NCBI GenBank assembly: GCA_007127715.1 | Contig: SKYU01000040.1 | Location: forward strand, 8,770 to 72,769 | Origin: Gammaproteobacteria bacterium | Lineage (GTDB): Bacteria; Pseudomonadota; Gammaproteobacteria; Steroidobacterales; PWYM01 | Direction: 5' to 3' | DNA length: 64,000 nt | Shown: positions 41,884 to 51,400 of the stretch, piece after piece | Layout: each line of letters begins with the position of its first letter | Position numbering within the stretch: the stretch's first letter is position 1 | Made by a program: the position numbers and the translations under genes | Notes under the pieces: model-generated | What the model saw: only the letters and a program-made list of their open reading frames with translations | What the model was told of the DNA's origin: nothing | Databases searched by the model: none

Positions 41884-43279
41884 CCCGGCCGGCCAGGACC
41901 CCTCTTCATCGGCTGCCTCACCGCCGCGACGCAGCTGGCGCGAGGCCTGGGCGGTCTATGCGCATCCGCGTATTGCCGCGATGGCCTGCCTGGGGTTCTC
42001 CGCCGGGCTGCCCTTCCTGCTGGTGTTCTCCACGCTGTCGGCCTGGCTGACCGAAGCCGGGGTGTCGCGTACGGCCATCGGCCTGTTCAGCTGGGTCGGG
42101 ATCACCTACTCGATCAAGGTCCTGTGGTCCCCGGTGGTCGACCGCGTGGCCCTGCCGTTGCTGCATGGCTGGTTCGGGCGACGGCGCAGCTGGATTCTGC
42201 TGGCCCAGCTGATGATTGCCGCGGGACTGCTCGGCATGGCGCACACCGATCCGGTCGGCGAACTGTGGCGCATGGCGGTCTTCGCGGTGCTGGTCGCCTT
42301 CGGGTCGGCCACCCAGGATGTCGCGATCGACGCCTGGCGCATCGAAGCGGCCCCGCCGGATCGCCAGGCCGCGATGGCGGCCACCTACGTGTTCGGCTAC
42401 CGGGTGGCCCTGCTGACCGGCGGCGCCGGGGCGCTGCACATTGCCACGTTCCTGAGCTGGACCGGCGTATACACCGTCATGGCGGGACTGGTCGGCATCG
42501 GCGTGCTGGCGGTGCTGGCAAGCCGTGAGCCGGTGACCCGTCTGACCCGCGACACGGTATTCATGGAAGAGCGGGTCCAGGTGTTCATGACCCGCAATGC
42601 GCACCTGCCGGCGCGGTTGCGCAACGCGTTGGGCTGGCTGATCGGCGCGGTGGTCTGTCCGTTCGTGGATTTCTTCAGCCGCAACGGACATCTGGCCCTG
42701 GTCATCCTCGCCTTCATCGGGCTTTACCGCGTCACTGACATCACCATGGGCGTGATGGCCAACCCGTTCTACATCCAGCACGGGTTCACGCTGGCGCAGA
42801 TCGCCAACGTGAGCGGCATCTACGGCGTGGCGATGACCATCGTCGGCGGCGTGCTGGGCGGTGTCCTGGTGCCGCGCTATGGCGTGATGCGCGTGCTGCT
42901 GGCGGGCGCCATTCTGGCTGCGGTCACCAACCTGCTGTTCGCCGTGCTTGCGCTCATGGGGCCGGAGCTCTGGATGCTGGTGATCACCATCAGCGCGGAC
43001 AATCTTGCCGGCGGGCTGGCGATCTCCGCATTCATCGCCTACCTCTCCGGCTTGACCAATACGGCCTATACCGCCACGCAGTACGCCCTGTTCAGTTCAC
43101 TGATGACCCTGCCGGGCAAGGTGATCGGCGGCGCGGCGGGTGCGGTGGTCGATGCGGTCGGCTATCCGCTGTTCTTCGTCTACTCCTGCCTGCTGGGCGT
43201 GCCTGCGATGCTGCTTGTCATCTACCTGATGCGCAGGATGCCGGTTCACACGCCGGCCCCGGCTGGCGCGGCGACATGA
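41867..43279 (+). CDS. ampG: AmpG-family muropeptide MFS permease
   Basis: 470 aa with LGFSAGLPFLLVFSTLSAWLTEAGVSRTAIGLFSWVGITYSIKVLWSPVVDR, typical of AmpG. It overlaps the xthA 3' end by 17 nt, and the start is uncertain. Confidence 0.88.
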   Translation: MTTSSDPAGQDPSSSAASPPRRSWREAWAVYAHPRIAAMACLGFSAGLPFLLVFSTLSAWLTEAGVSRTAIGLFSWVGITYSIKVLWSPVVDRVALPLLHGWFGRRRSWILLAQLMIAAGLLGMAHTDPVGELWRMAVFAVLVAFGSATQDVAIDAWRIEAAPPDRQAAMAATYVFGYRVALLTGGAGALHIATFLSWTGVYTVMAGLVGIGVLAVLASREPVTRLTRDTVFMEERVQVFMTRNAHLPARLRNALGWLIGAVVCPFVDFFSRNGHLALVILAFIGLYRVTDITMGVMANPFYIQHGFTLAQIANVSGIYGVAMTIVGGVLGGVLVPRYGVMRVLLAGAILAAVTNLLFAVLALMGPELWMLVITISADNLAGGLAISAFIAYLSGLTNTAYTATQYALFSSLMTLPGKVIGGAAGAVVDAVGYPLFFVYSCLLGVPAMLLVIYLMRRMPVHTPAPAGAAT

Positions 43280-43305
43280 CGCGCCGGCACCCCGGCCGGC
43301 GTGGC

Positions 43306-43710
43306 TCAGTGCAGCGACTGACCCCGGGGGCCGGAGGGAGGTGGTGCGGGCGAGGCATGGTGCATCAGCATGCGCCAGCCCCCGTCGGTGAGTTCGTAGA
43401 CGTTGGTGGCGAGCACCAGGCCGACGATGCGGCCCTCGGGATCGAGCAGTTGCTCGCTGACCAGGTGAACAGCGAGATTGGCCCCCACGCTGCTGGAGAC
43501 GGGTTCCGCGTGGATGTCCACGGCACCGCGGTCCAGGATGTCACGCCAGCTTTCCATGACCGCTTCACGGCCGAGCAGTGGATCGCCCCGGGGGTGGATG
43601 CAGTAGATGCTGTCGTGCGCCGCCCAGGTCTCTCGCATGGCCTCCAGATTGCCCGTGCGGAAGGCCTCGTAGAATGCCTGCTCGGCGGCGTCGGAAGTGG
43701 GATGGCTCAT
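43306..43710 (-). CDS. SnoaL-like / NTF2-fold (DUF4440-type) protein
   Basis: 134 aa with AEQAFYEAFRTGNLEAMRETWAAHDSIYCIHPRGDPLLGREAVMESW, a typical NTF2-like pattern. Confidence 0.75.
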   Translation of the reverse strand: MSHPTSDAAEQAFYEAFRTGNLEAMRETWAAHDSIYCIHPRGDPLLGREAVMESWRDILDRGAVDIHAEPVSSSVGANLAVHLVSEQLLDPEGRIVGLVLATNVYELTDGGWRMLMHHASPAPPPSGPRGQSLH

Positions 43711-43772
43711 GACCGGCAGTGTACTGGCGCTGCGCGTCTGGGCCCAGCGCCGCGGCAGGCGGATTCCGCCTG

Positions 43773-44132
43773 ATGCCGCGCTGGCTCGAAGTGTGCGCCC
43801 TCTCGACGCTCGGCGATCCGGGCGCCCGTGAGTTCAGCAGCGGCGACGGTGACTGGCCTCTTCCGGGCTTCGTGGTGCACTACAGGCAACGCCTGTCGGC
43901 CTACGAGAACCGGTGTCCCCATGCCGGACACCGGCTGAACTGGCGCCCGGAGCGTTTTTTCGACCGCGAGGGCCGCTGGCTGCTGTGCGCCTCGCACGGT
44001 GCGGTTTTCGACCCGGAAAACGGCCGCTGCGTCGCCGGCCCCTGCCCCGGTGCCCGCCTGCGCGCCCTGCCGGTGCGCTGCATTGACGGGCGTGTGGAAG
44101 TCGATGTCGAGGGCTGGGTGTGGGAGCGCTAG
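43773..44132 (+). CDS. small Rieske [2Fe-2S] domain protein
   Basis: Rieske ligand motifs are present (CPHAGHRL ... CASHGAVF). Trimmed to ATG 43773 (MPRWLEVCAL); the upstream ATG 43719 is possible. Confidence 0.8.
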   Translation: MPRWLEVCALSTLGDPGAREFSSGDGDWPLPGFVVHYRQRLSAYENRCPHAGHRLNWRPERFFDREGRWLLCASHGAVFDPENGRCVAGPCPGARLRALPVRCIDGRVEVDVEGWVWER

Positions 44133-44133
44133 A

Positions 44134-44856
44134 CTACTGTCCCGTCTCCGTTTCGGTCTTTCGGTAGTACAGATCCCGCACCTCATGCCCCAGGCGCAAT
44201 CCGCGGCGTTCGAATTTGGTCTCGGGTCGCCACGCCAGTGGTTCGGCCGCAGCTTCGCTGGCCCCGATGGGGTGGTAGTCGGGGCTGGCCGCCAGCACCT
44301 CGGCCATGTGCTCCGCGTAGGGTACCCAGTCGGTGGCCAGGTGCAGCAGTCCACCGGCCGGTTGCCGCCGCGCCAGCGACGCAATCAGCGGGGGCTGGAC
44401 CAGGCGTCGTTTGTGGTGGCGTTTCTTGGGCCAGGGATCCGGGAAGAAGATGTTGATGGCCGCGAAGGCGGCGTTCGGCAGCCGCCGCTCGATCACTTCG
44501 GCCGCGTCGTGGCATATCAGCCGGACATTGCCGAGACCCTCGGCCTCCAGGCGCAGCAGCAGGTGCCCGACCCCTGGTTCGTGTACTTCCAGGCCGAGAA
44601 AATCCACGTCCGGCAGCCGCCGGGCCATGGCCACCAGGGCCTCACCGTCGCCGAAGCCGATCTCCAGCACCCGGGGTGCCGCGCGGTCGAAGACCTCATC
44701 GAGCACCAGCGGGTCGCCTTCGCCCGGCAGCAGGCGCCCGGGGCCCAGGACCTCGAGTGCGCGGGCCTGCGCCGGTGTCAGCCGCCCGGCACGGCGGACA
44801 AAGCTGCGAACCCGCCGCGCGAACGGCGCGGCCGGTGAAGAAGGGGTGCTGATCAT
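44134..44856 (-). CDS. trmB: tRNA (guanine46-N7)-methyltransferase
   Basis: Trimmed to MISTPSSPAAPFARRVRSFVRR. Motifs are VLEIGFGDGEALV, FLGLEVHEPGV and FPDPWPKKRHHKRR. Confidence 0.92.
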   Translation of the reverse strand: MISTPSSPAAPFARRVRSFVRRAGRLTPAQARALEVLGPGRLLPGEGDPLVLDEVFDRAAPRVLEIGFGDGEALVAMARRLPDVDFLGLEVHEPGVGHLLLRLEAEGLGNVRLICHDAAEVIERRLPNAAFAAINIFFPDPWPKKRHHKRRLVQPPLIASLARRQPAGGLLHLATDWVPYAEHMAEVLAASPDYHPIGASEAAAEPLAWRPETKFERRGLRLGHEVRDLYYRKTETETGQ

Positions 44857-44926
44857 GGCGCGGAGTCTACCGGAAAGCCACGGCGCTCTGGAGTTGCTTC
44901 GGGGTGGCGCAGGGGGCGGTGACCGA

Positions 44927-44955
44927 TTCACCCGGCCTTGCCCTCGCGCTATACT
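44927..44955 (+). promoter_or_regulatory. candidate promoter for tRNA-Gly (TTCACC-N17-TATACT)
   Basis: Hexamers read from the sequence; the -10 element ends 10 nt before the mature tRNA 5' end. Confidence 0.35.
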
Positions 44956-44965
44956 CCGCAACGCC

Positions 44966-45039
44966 GCGGGTGTAGTTCAATGGTAGAACCTCAGCTTCCC
45001 AAGCTGATGACGTGGGTTCGATTCCCATCACCCGCTCCA
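44966..45039 (+). tRNA. tRNA-Gly (anticodon CCC)
   Basis: 74 nt folded by hand: acceptor GCGGGTG/CACCCGC, anticodon stem TCAGC/GCTGA with loop TTCCCAA, T-loop GGTTCGATTCC and an encoded CCA. Confidence 0.95.
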
Positions 45040-45061
45040 GTTTCCCTTGGGAGCCAGCCGT

Positions 45062-45472
45062 TCACCAGACGGTTCCGCCGACCCATGTTCCCGCCGCCGG
45101 CAGATAGGGCAGGTAGTCGATTTCCGTCCACACGCCGGCTTGGTAGAACGGATCGGCCTCGATCAGCTCGCGTGCCTCGGCGAGGCTCTTTACGTCCAGC
45201 ACATACAGGCTGCCGATCACCTGGCGGCTGTCCTGAGCATACAGCGGCCCGGCCACCAGAATCCGCTCGAACACCTCCTCGATGAATGCCAGATGGGCGT
45301 CATTGGCGACCGCGCGTCTAGCGGTCCCGTCTTCGCCGTCGCGCGCCATCACCACCACTCCTGCACCGGCGTGACGTTCAAGGACGCTCTTGTGTGCGCC
45401 GCTGGCCCCCGCAGCCGATCCCAGTGTCCCGGCCGCCGCGAGCACGGCGAACCACCCCATCAGTTTCTCCAT
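45062..45472 (-). CDS. YciI-family protein with N-terminal signal-like segment
   Basis: The C-terminal ~100 aa match the YciI pattern (HLAFIEEVFERILVAGPL...GSLYVLDVKSLAEARELIEADPFYQAGV). The N-terminus MEKLMGWFAVLAAAGTLGSAAGASGA is hydrophobic. The start is uncertain (45472 or 45490). Confidence 0.7.
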   Translation of the reverse strand: MEKLMGWFAVLAAAGTLGSAAGASGAHKSVLERHAGAGVVVMARDGEDGTARRAVANDAHLAFIEEVFERILVAGPLYAQDSRQVIGSLYVLDVKSLAEARELIEADPFYQAGVWTEIDYLPYLPAAGTWVGGTVW

Positions 45473-45548
45473 CCTGAACCTCCGTGACATGTCGCAGCCA
45501 CTGTCGTCGTAGTACAGTGGACCTCTCGAATCCGCAGGGTATTTTGTC

Positions 45549-47750
45549 ATGGGCCGCCTGCTGCAAATCTTGCTGTTCGCCGTCGCCGGTATCGTCGGCG
45601 TGCTCGTTCTGCTCATCATTCTGGTCGCGCTGCTGTTCGACCCGAACGATTATCGCGACCGGATCGCCGCCGCCGTAGAGGCCGAGACGGGCCGGAGTCT
45701 GGTCATCGAGGGCAACCTGGAGCTGCGGCTTTTTCCCTGGCTGCGCATCACCTCCGGCGCCATGGAACTCGGCAATGCCCCTGGGTTCGGCGATGAACCC
45801 TTCGCCCGCATCGAGGCCTTCTCCGCCAGTCTGCGGCTGATGCCGCTGCTCTCGCGCGAGGTGGAACTCGGGACGCTGCGCCTGGCAGGGCTGCGGCTGA
45901 ATCTGGCCGTCGATGCCCAGGGCAACAACAACTGGGCGGATCTCGCCGGCGAGGAGGCAGACGCGCCGTCGCCGCCCCGGGAGCCCACGACCGACGGTCC
46001 CGCGTTCGATCTGGCCGATCTTCGTATCGGCGGCATCGAGCTGGTCGATGCGCGGGTGCGTTTCAGTGACGCCCAGGCCGATCAGGTGTATCTCCTGGAA
46101 AACATGCGCCTGGAGCTCGATGCCCTGGCACTGGGCGTCCCGGCAAATCTCGGGTTCGGGCTGGAGTTCCGGCAGCAGCGCCCGGCGTTGTCGGCCGATC
46201 TGTCGGGCAGCGCCGTGCTGACCCTCGATCAGACCGCGGGCGAACTCACGCTCGAGCGGCTGCGGATGGATCTTGTCGCCAGCGGCGAGGACATCCCGGC
46301 CGGCCGGCAGCAGGCCCGGGTGCAGGCCGCGGCGGTGCGGGCGGACCTTGACGCCAGCACGTTCGCGCTCGACCAGCTGCGCGCCGAGATCCTCGGCCTT
46401 GTGCTCAGCACCAGCCTGCGCGGCGAGCTGCCGGAGGCCGGCCCGCGGATCAGCGGAGCATTCGAGGTCGCAGAGTTCTCACCCCGGGACACGCTGCGCC
46501 TGTTGGAAATCGACTATGCGCCCGCCGATGCCAGCGCGCTGACCCGGGCCAGGCTGCGCGGCGAGCTTGAACTCACCGGCGAGGACCTGAGGCTGGCCGG
46601 ACTCGAGCTGCGGCTCGACGACACCACCGTGGCCGGTGCCCTGGGCAGCGTCGCCGGCCGGCTGTTCTTCGATCTCGATGTCGACCGCATCAACGCCGAC
46701 CGTTACCTGCCGCCGGCTGACGAGGATGCGGCACCTGCGACCGGCGAGACCGGAGACATCGACGCCGTGGAAATTCCGGTCGAGCTGCTGCGCGAACTGG
46801 CGGCCGAGGGCGAGCTCCGTGTGGGCGAGGCCATTCTGGGCGGGTTGACCTTCCGCAACCTGGTTCTCGGCCTGAACGCCGGGGAGGGGCGCGTACGCCT
46901 GCACCCGCTGCGCTCGGAGTTTTTCGAGGGCCGGTACGAGGGTGACATCCGCGTCGATGTGCGGGGCGATCTCCCGGCGCTCTCGCTGAATGAGCGGGTC
47001 AGCGGCGTCCAGCTCGGGGCGCTCAGCCAGGCCATGTTCGACATCGAGCATCTGACCGGTCTCATCGAAGGGGCCTTCGAGCTGCGCGCCACCGGCGCGA
47101 CACTCGGCGACATGCGTCGCCGCCTGAACGGCGACATGGTGTTCGGGCTCACCGACGGTGCCTGGGAAGGCGTGGACATCTGGCACCAGGTGCGCAGCGC
47201 CCGGGCCACCCTGCGCCAGGAGGCCCGGCCGCCGGCGCCGACACCCCCTCGTACGGAGTTCTCGGAGGTCACCGGCACGGCCCGGGTGACCGACGGTGTC
47301 ATCGACAACCGTGATCTGGTGGCCCTGCTGCCGTTCATGCGTCTGGACGGCCAGGGAAGCATCGACCTGGCCGAAGCGACCCTCGACTACCGCCTGGACG
47401 CCACCTTTCTCGATCGCCCTGAACTGGCGCGGGATGCTGCGATGGCCGACCTGCGCGGCCGGCGTCTGCCGCTGCGTATCGATGGCGCGCTGACCGAGCC
47501 GCGGATCCGGCCGGATTTCGGGGCCATGGTCACCGACGAGGTGCGTGATCAGGTGCGCACCCGCGCTGAAGACCTGCTGCGTGACCGTCTCGGCATCAGT
47601 CGCCCGCGCGATCGGGACGAGCCTGAGCCGGAGAATGGAGAGGCGACGGAAGGCGAATCGGGTGAGGCCGCCGAGGAGGCCGAGCGCAGCGAGACGCCTG
47701 AAGAACGCCTGCGCCGACGGATCGGACGTATCCTCGGTGGTGATGGCTGA
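45549..47750 (+). CDS. asmA: AsmA family protein
   Basis: 733 aa with an N-terminal TM anchor (LLQILLFAVAGIVGVLVLLIILVALLF). The AsmA N-domain reads DPNDYRDRIAAAVEAETGRSLVIEGNLELRLFPWL, followed by AsmA_2-like C-terminal repeats and an acidic tail. Confidence 0.88.
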   Translation: MGRLLQILLFAVAGIVGVLVLLIILVALLFDPNDYRDRIAAAVEAETGRSLVIEGNLELRLFPWLRITSGAMELGNAPGFGDEPFARIEAFSASLRLMPLLSREVELGTLRLAGLRLNLAVDAQGNNNWADLAGEEADAPSPPREPTTDGPAFDLADLRIGGIELVDARVRFSDAQADQVYLLENMRLELDALALGVPANLGFGLEFRQQRPALSADLSGSAVLTLDQTAGELTLERLRMDLVASGEDIPAGRQQARVQAAAVRADLDASTFALDQLRAEILGLVLSTSLRGELPEAGPRISGAFEVAEFSPRDTLRLLEIDYAPADASALTRARLRGELELTGEDLRLAGLELRLDDTTVAGALGSVAGRLFFDLDVDRINADRYLPPADEDAAPATGETGDIDAVEIPVELLRELAAEGELRVGEAILGGLTFRNLVLGLNAGEGRVRLHPLRSEFFEGRYEGDIRVDVRGDLPALSLNERVSGVQLGALSQAMFDIEHLTGLIEGAFELRATGATLGDMRRRLNGDMVFGLTDGAWEGVDIWHQVRSARATLRQEARPPAPTPPRTEFSEVTGTARVTDGVIDNRDLVALLPFMRLDGQGSIDLAEATLDYRLDATFLDRPELARDAAMADLRGRRLPLRIDGALTEPRIRPDFGAMVTDEVRDQVRTRAEDLLRDRLGISRPRDRDEPEPENGEATEGESGEAAEEAERSETPEERLRRRIGRILGGDG

Positions 47751-48426
47751 GGCACGCTTTCGCCTCCGCAGAGGTTTGTCGGCCATGCGGTCGCGGCTGG
47801 CACCGCTGGTCTGGATCTGTATGGCCCTGACCGGTGTCGACGCGGTCGCCGCACCAACGGGGGCCGACGGCCCCAGGTCCACGCTGGTCAGCGTCGAGGT
47901 GGCGCATGCCCGCGGCACCTATACGGTTCACAGCGTCACCCACTATCGCGCACCTCCGGAAGCGGTCTATGCCGTGCTCTCGGACTATTCGCTGTTCACG
48001 CGCATCAGCAGCGCCATCACCGAGGCCGGCGTCTGTGCCCGGCCGGCGGCGGATGGCACACCGCGGGTCTACACCACGGTTCGCGGCTGCGTGCTGTTCT
48101 TCTGTCGAAGCGTCCATCGCGTCGAGCAGCTGGAACTGGAGCCTGCCCGCAGTATCGTGGCGCGGGTCGAGCCCGAGGCCAGCGATCTGCATGACGGCCT
48201 CTCCCGCTGGCAGTTCACCGCGCTGCCCGATGGGGGGACGGCAGTGGCCTTCGACATGTCCATGACGCCGGCATTCTGGGTCCCGCCCGTCATCGGGCCG
48301 GCCCTGGTCAAGCATCGGCTGGCTCGCGACGGCGCGCGGGCCGTGAGCCGGATCGATGCACTGGCGCTCGAATACCTCGCGGCCCGTCAGGGTGACGCCT
48401 CGATCATCGATGGAGACCGGTCATGA
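47743..48426 (+). CDS. exported SRPBCC (START/polyketide-cyclase-like) family protein, paralog 1
   Basis: ATG 47743 overlaps the asmA stop; an alternative ATG lies at 47785. It has a signal-like segment (MRSRLAPLVWICMALTGVDAVAAP). It shares blocks with the next gene (EAVYAVLSDY; RGCVLFFCRSV; FWVPP). Confidence 0.7.
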   Translation: MAEARFRLRRGLSAMRSRLAPLVWICMALTGVDAVAAPTGADGPRSTLVSVEVAHARGTYTVHSVTHYRAPPEAVYAVLSDYSLFTRISSAITEAGVCARPAADGTPRVYTTVRGCVLFFCRSVHRVEQLELEPARSIVARVEPEASDLHDGLSRWQFTALPDGGTAVAFDMSMTPAFWVPPVIGPALVKHRLARDGARAVSRIDALALEYLAARQGDASIIDGDRS

Positions 48427-48995
48427 GCCCGGTGCGTGTCCTGGCGTCCGCCCTGGCGATGGCTGCCGTATCGCTGCGTCCGGCTGTGGCGCTCGAGGTG
48501 CTCTCGCAGAGCTTCGAAGTGATCGACCGGGTCTACACCGTGGATCTGGAGGTCCGGTTGCAGGCGCCGCGCGAGGCGGTGTGGGCCGTGCTGACGGACT
48601 ATGACCGTCTGGGCGAGCTCAATCCGGCCGTGGTCGATAGTCGCGTCGAGCGTCCGCCGGCGGGGTCGCCCGAAGTGCTCACCGTGATCCGGGGCTGCGT
48701 GCTGTTCTTCTGCAGCAGCGTGGTTCGGGTGGAGTCCATGCAGGAGTCGGCCCCCGCGCGGATCGTCGCCATCACCGACCCGGGGCGCAGCGACCTTCGT
48801 CAGGGGCGTTCCGACTGGCGGCTGATCGATGAGGACGGGGCGACGCGGCTGGAACTCCAGGTGGCCATGGAGCCAGATTTCTGGGTGCCGCCACTGCTCG
48901 GCCGGCGTGCGCTGCGCCGAAGCCTGATCGGCGGCACGCTCGACCTGCTCGAAGCCGTGGAGCACCGTGCTGCCGGGATGGATGCCGGGTCTTGA
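48423..48995 (+). CDS. exported SRPBCC family protein, paralog 2
   Basis: ATGA overlap with paralog 1. It has a signal-like N-terminus (MSPVRVLASALAMAAVSLRPAVA). The SRPBCC-typical start is LQAPREAVWAVLTDYDRLGELNPAVVDSRV, and RGCVLFFCSSV is present. Confidence 0.7.
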   Translation: MSPVRVLASALAMAAVSLRPAVALEVLSQSFEVIDRVYTVDLEVRLQAPREAVWAVLTDYDRLGELNPAVVDSRVERPPAGSPEVLTVIRGCVLFFCSSVVRVESMQESAPARIVAITDPGRSDLRQGRSDWRLIDEDGATRLELQVAMEPDFWVPPLLGRRALRRSLIGGTLDLLEAVEHRAAGMDAGS

Positions 48996-50131
48996 ATCTT
49001 CCGCAGTTGGATCAGCCCCCCGGATTCGCAGCGCGGCTGCTCGACTGGCATGCCCGCCACGGGCGTCATGACCTGCCCTGGCAGCAGGACCCGACGCCCT
49101 ATCGCGTCTGGGTCTCGGAGGTGATGCTGCAGCAGACCCAGGTGCAGACCGTGATCGGCTATTACCAGCGTTTCATGGCGGCGTTTCCCGACGTGCAGAC
49201 GCTGGCCCGTGCGCCGCTGGATGAGGTGCTGCACCTGTGGTCCGGACTGGGCTACTACGCCCGCGCCCGGAACCTGCACCGCGCCGCGGGTCGGCTGGTG
49301 GACGAGCATGACGGGGAGTTTCCGCGCGAGCTCGAGGCCGTGATGGCGCTGCCCGGCATCGGCCGCTCGACCGCGGGGGCGATCCTGGCCCTCGCCTGCG
49401 GTCAGCGCCACCCGATCCTGGATGGCAACGTTCGCCGCGTGCTGTGCCGGCATCGCGGCATCGAGGGGTGGCCGGGACTGCCGGCGGTCGAGCGGAGGCT
49501 CTGGGCGCTTGCCGATGAGCTGACGCCGTCGCGGCAGATCGCCACCTACACCCAGGCGATCATGGACCTCGGGGCTACCGTCTGCACGCGGCGCCGGCCG
49601 GCGTGTACGGTCTGTCCGCTGGTCGAGGACTGCACGGCCAGACGCGAGGGGCGGGCCGAGGCCCTGCCTGCGCCCCGGCCACGGCGGGAGCGTCCGCGGC
49701 GCCAGACGCGGATGCTGCTGGCCACGGACGACACGGGTCGCGTGCTGCTGCGCCAGCGGCCACCCCGAGGTCTGTGGGGAGGGCTCTGGGCGCCGCCGGA
49801 GTTCGGCGAGGGTGGCGGCGCAGAGGAGGTCGCCGGGATGCTCGCCGGGGCGCTCGCAGGACTGGGGCTCGCGGCCCGCGGGCCAGCGCGCAGTCTGCCG
49901 GTGCTGGCCCATGCGTTCACGCACTTCGATCTCGATATCCATCCGGTTGCGGTGCCGGTGAGGTGCGATGACGCCGCTGCGGCATCCGCCCATGTTCGAG
50001 CCGTGGCCGAGCCCGGGCCCGGCATGGAGGGGGCGGCCCTCGTCTGGTATAACCCGCGACAGCCACTCCGCCTCGGGCTGGCTGCGCCGGTGGCGCAGTT
50101 GCTCGCGGCGCTACAGGGAGAGAACGAATGA
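48992..50131 (+). CDS. mutY: A/G-specific adenine DNA glycosylase
   Basis: An apparent TTG start overlaps the upstream stop (TTGA). Motifs are [24 protein letters not shown], the HhH-GPD motif and a 4Fe-4S cluster loop ([17 protein letters not shown]), followed by a C-terminal NUDIX-like domain. Confidence 0.93.
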   Translation: MNLPQLDQPPGFAARLLDWHARHGRHDLPWQQDPTPYRVWVSEVMLQQTQVQTVIGYYQRFMAAFPDVQTLARAPLDEVLHLWSGLGYYARARNLHRAAGRLVDEHDGEFPRELEAVMALPGIGRSTAGAILALACGQRHPILDGNVRRVLCRHRGIEGWPGLPAVERRLWALADELTPSRQIATYTQAIMDLGATVCTRRRPACTVCPLVEDCTARREGRAEALPAPRPRRERPRRQTRMLLATDDTGRVLLRQRPPRGLWGGLWAPPEFGEGGGAEEVAGMLAGALAGLGLAARGPARSLPVLAHAFTHFDLDIHPVAVPVRCDDAAAASAHVRAVAEPGPGMEGAALVWYNPRQPLRLGLAAPVAQLLAALQGENE

Positions 50132-50397
50132 CGCGAATGGTGACCTGCGTACTGCTCGGCAAGGAGGCGCCTGGTCTCGACCGCCTGCCGTATCCCGGCG
50201 AATTGGGTCAGCGGATCTTTGCCAACGTCTCGCGCGAGGCCTGGCAGAAATGGCTTGGTCACCAGACCATGCTGATCAACGAGTACCGCCTCACGCCCAT
50301 CGAACCGAAGGCGAGGAAGTTCCTGGAGGAGGAAATGGAGAAATTCTTCTTCGGGGACGGATCGGCAGCGCCCGAGGGCTTCGTGCCCAAGGAATGA
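50128..50397 (+). CDS. yggX: oxidative-damage protection protein (Fe(II)-trafficking) YggX
   Basis: 89 aa: [59 protein letters not shown] overlap with mutY. Confidence 0.93.
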   Translation: MTRMVTCVLLGKEAPGLDRLPYPGELGQRIFANVSREAWQKWLGHQTMLINEYRLTPIEPKARKFLEEEMEKFFFGDGSAAPEGFVPKE

Positions 50398-50415
50398 TGC
50401 GGCGACGCGCCGGCG

Positions 50416-51387
50416 TCATCTCCGGGCCGTCAGCCATTGCACGCTGAACAGGTCCTCGGCATCGGTCCAGACCTGCTCCACCGCGAAGCCTGCGTCCGCG
50501 GCAAGCGAGGCGAAGCCGTGCAGGGTGAACTTGTGCGAGTACTCGGTGACGATGCGCTCGCCTTCGGCAAACTTCAGCACCGTGCCGGCGAGGGTCACCT
50601 GCTGGGTGCGCTCTGATACGAGGTTCATCTCGATCCGACCCCGGCTGGCGTCGTAATGTGCGTGATGGCGGAACGCTCGCAGGTCGAAGTTTCCACCGAG
50701 TTCGCGGTTCAGCCGGCGCAACAGGTTGAGGTTGAATTCCGCGGTCACGCCGGCGGCGTCGTTGTAGGCGCGTTCCAGCACGCCGGTGTCCTTCTGCAGA
50801 TCGACCCCGATCAGCAGGCCGCCCTGGTCGCCCACCTGATGGCGCATGACCCTGAGCAGCTGCCCGGCCTCGTCGGGTTCGAAGTTGCCGATGGTCGAGC
50901 CGGGGAACCAGGCGACCACGCGCGCCACCGGCTCGCGGGGGGACGGCAGTTCGAACGGCTGCGTGAAGTCCGCGCACACCGGCAGCACGTCCAGTGCCGG
51001 AAATTCGCGTGCGATTTCCGCGGCAGCCTCGAGCAGGTGGTTACGCGAGATTTCCACGGGCACATAGGCACTCGGCCGGCGCAGTCCCTCGAGAAGCAGG
51101 CGGATCTTGACGCTCGAGCCCGAGCCGTACTCCACCAGGCAGGCGCGCTCGCCGATCGCCGCGGCAATCTCGTCTGCGCGTGCACGCATGATGGCCAGCT
51201 CCGTGCGGGTCGGATAGTACTCCGGCAGCTCGCAGATGCGGTCGAACAGCGCCGAGCCACGGGCATCGTAGAAATATTTGGGCGCGATGTGTTTTTGCGG
51301 CGCGGTCAGCGCGGCCACGATCGCGTCGCGGTCGTCGGCCAGGGTGGGCTGGTAGTCACTGATCGCGGGTACGGCGTCATGCGGCAT
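50416..51387 (-). CDS. egtD: L-histidine N(alpha)-methyltransferase (ergothioneine pathway)
   Basis: 323 aa with the EgtD-typical IAPKYFYDARGSALFDRICELPEYYPTRTE and VEYGSGSSVK. Confidence 0.9.
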   Translation of the reverse strand: MPHDAVPAISDYQPTLADDRDAIVAALTAPQKHIAPKYFYDARGSALFDRICELPEYYPTRTELAIMRARADEIAAAIGERACLVEYGSGSSVKIRLLLEGLRRPSAYVPVEISRNHLLEAAAEIAREFPALDVLPVCADFTQPFELPSPREPVARVVAWFPGSTIGNFEPDEAGQLLRVMRHQVGDQGGLLIGVDLQKDTGVLERAYNDAAGVTAEFNLNLLRRLNRELGGNFDLRAFRHHAHYDASRGRIEMNLVSERTQQVTLAGTVLKFAEGERIVTEYSHKFTLHGFASLAADAGFAVEQVWTDAEDLFSVQWLTARR

Positions 51388-51400
51388 GGTGAACGGTCCT

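Noticed and set aside
46479-49993. Long minus-strand ORFs (46479-47918; 48800-49993) opposite asmA and mutY.
   Set aside because: Same reasoning: antisense artefacts with no independent start or RBS context.
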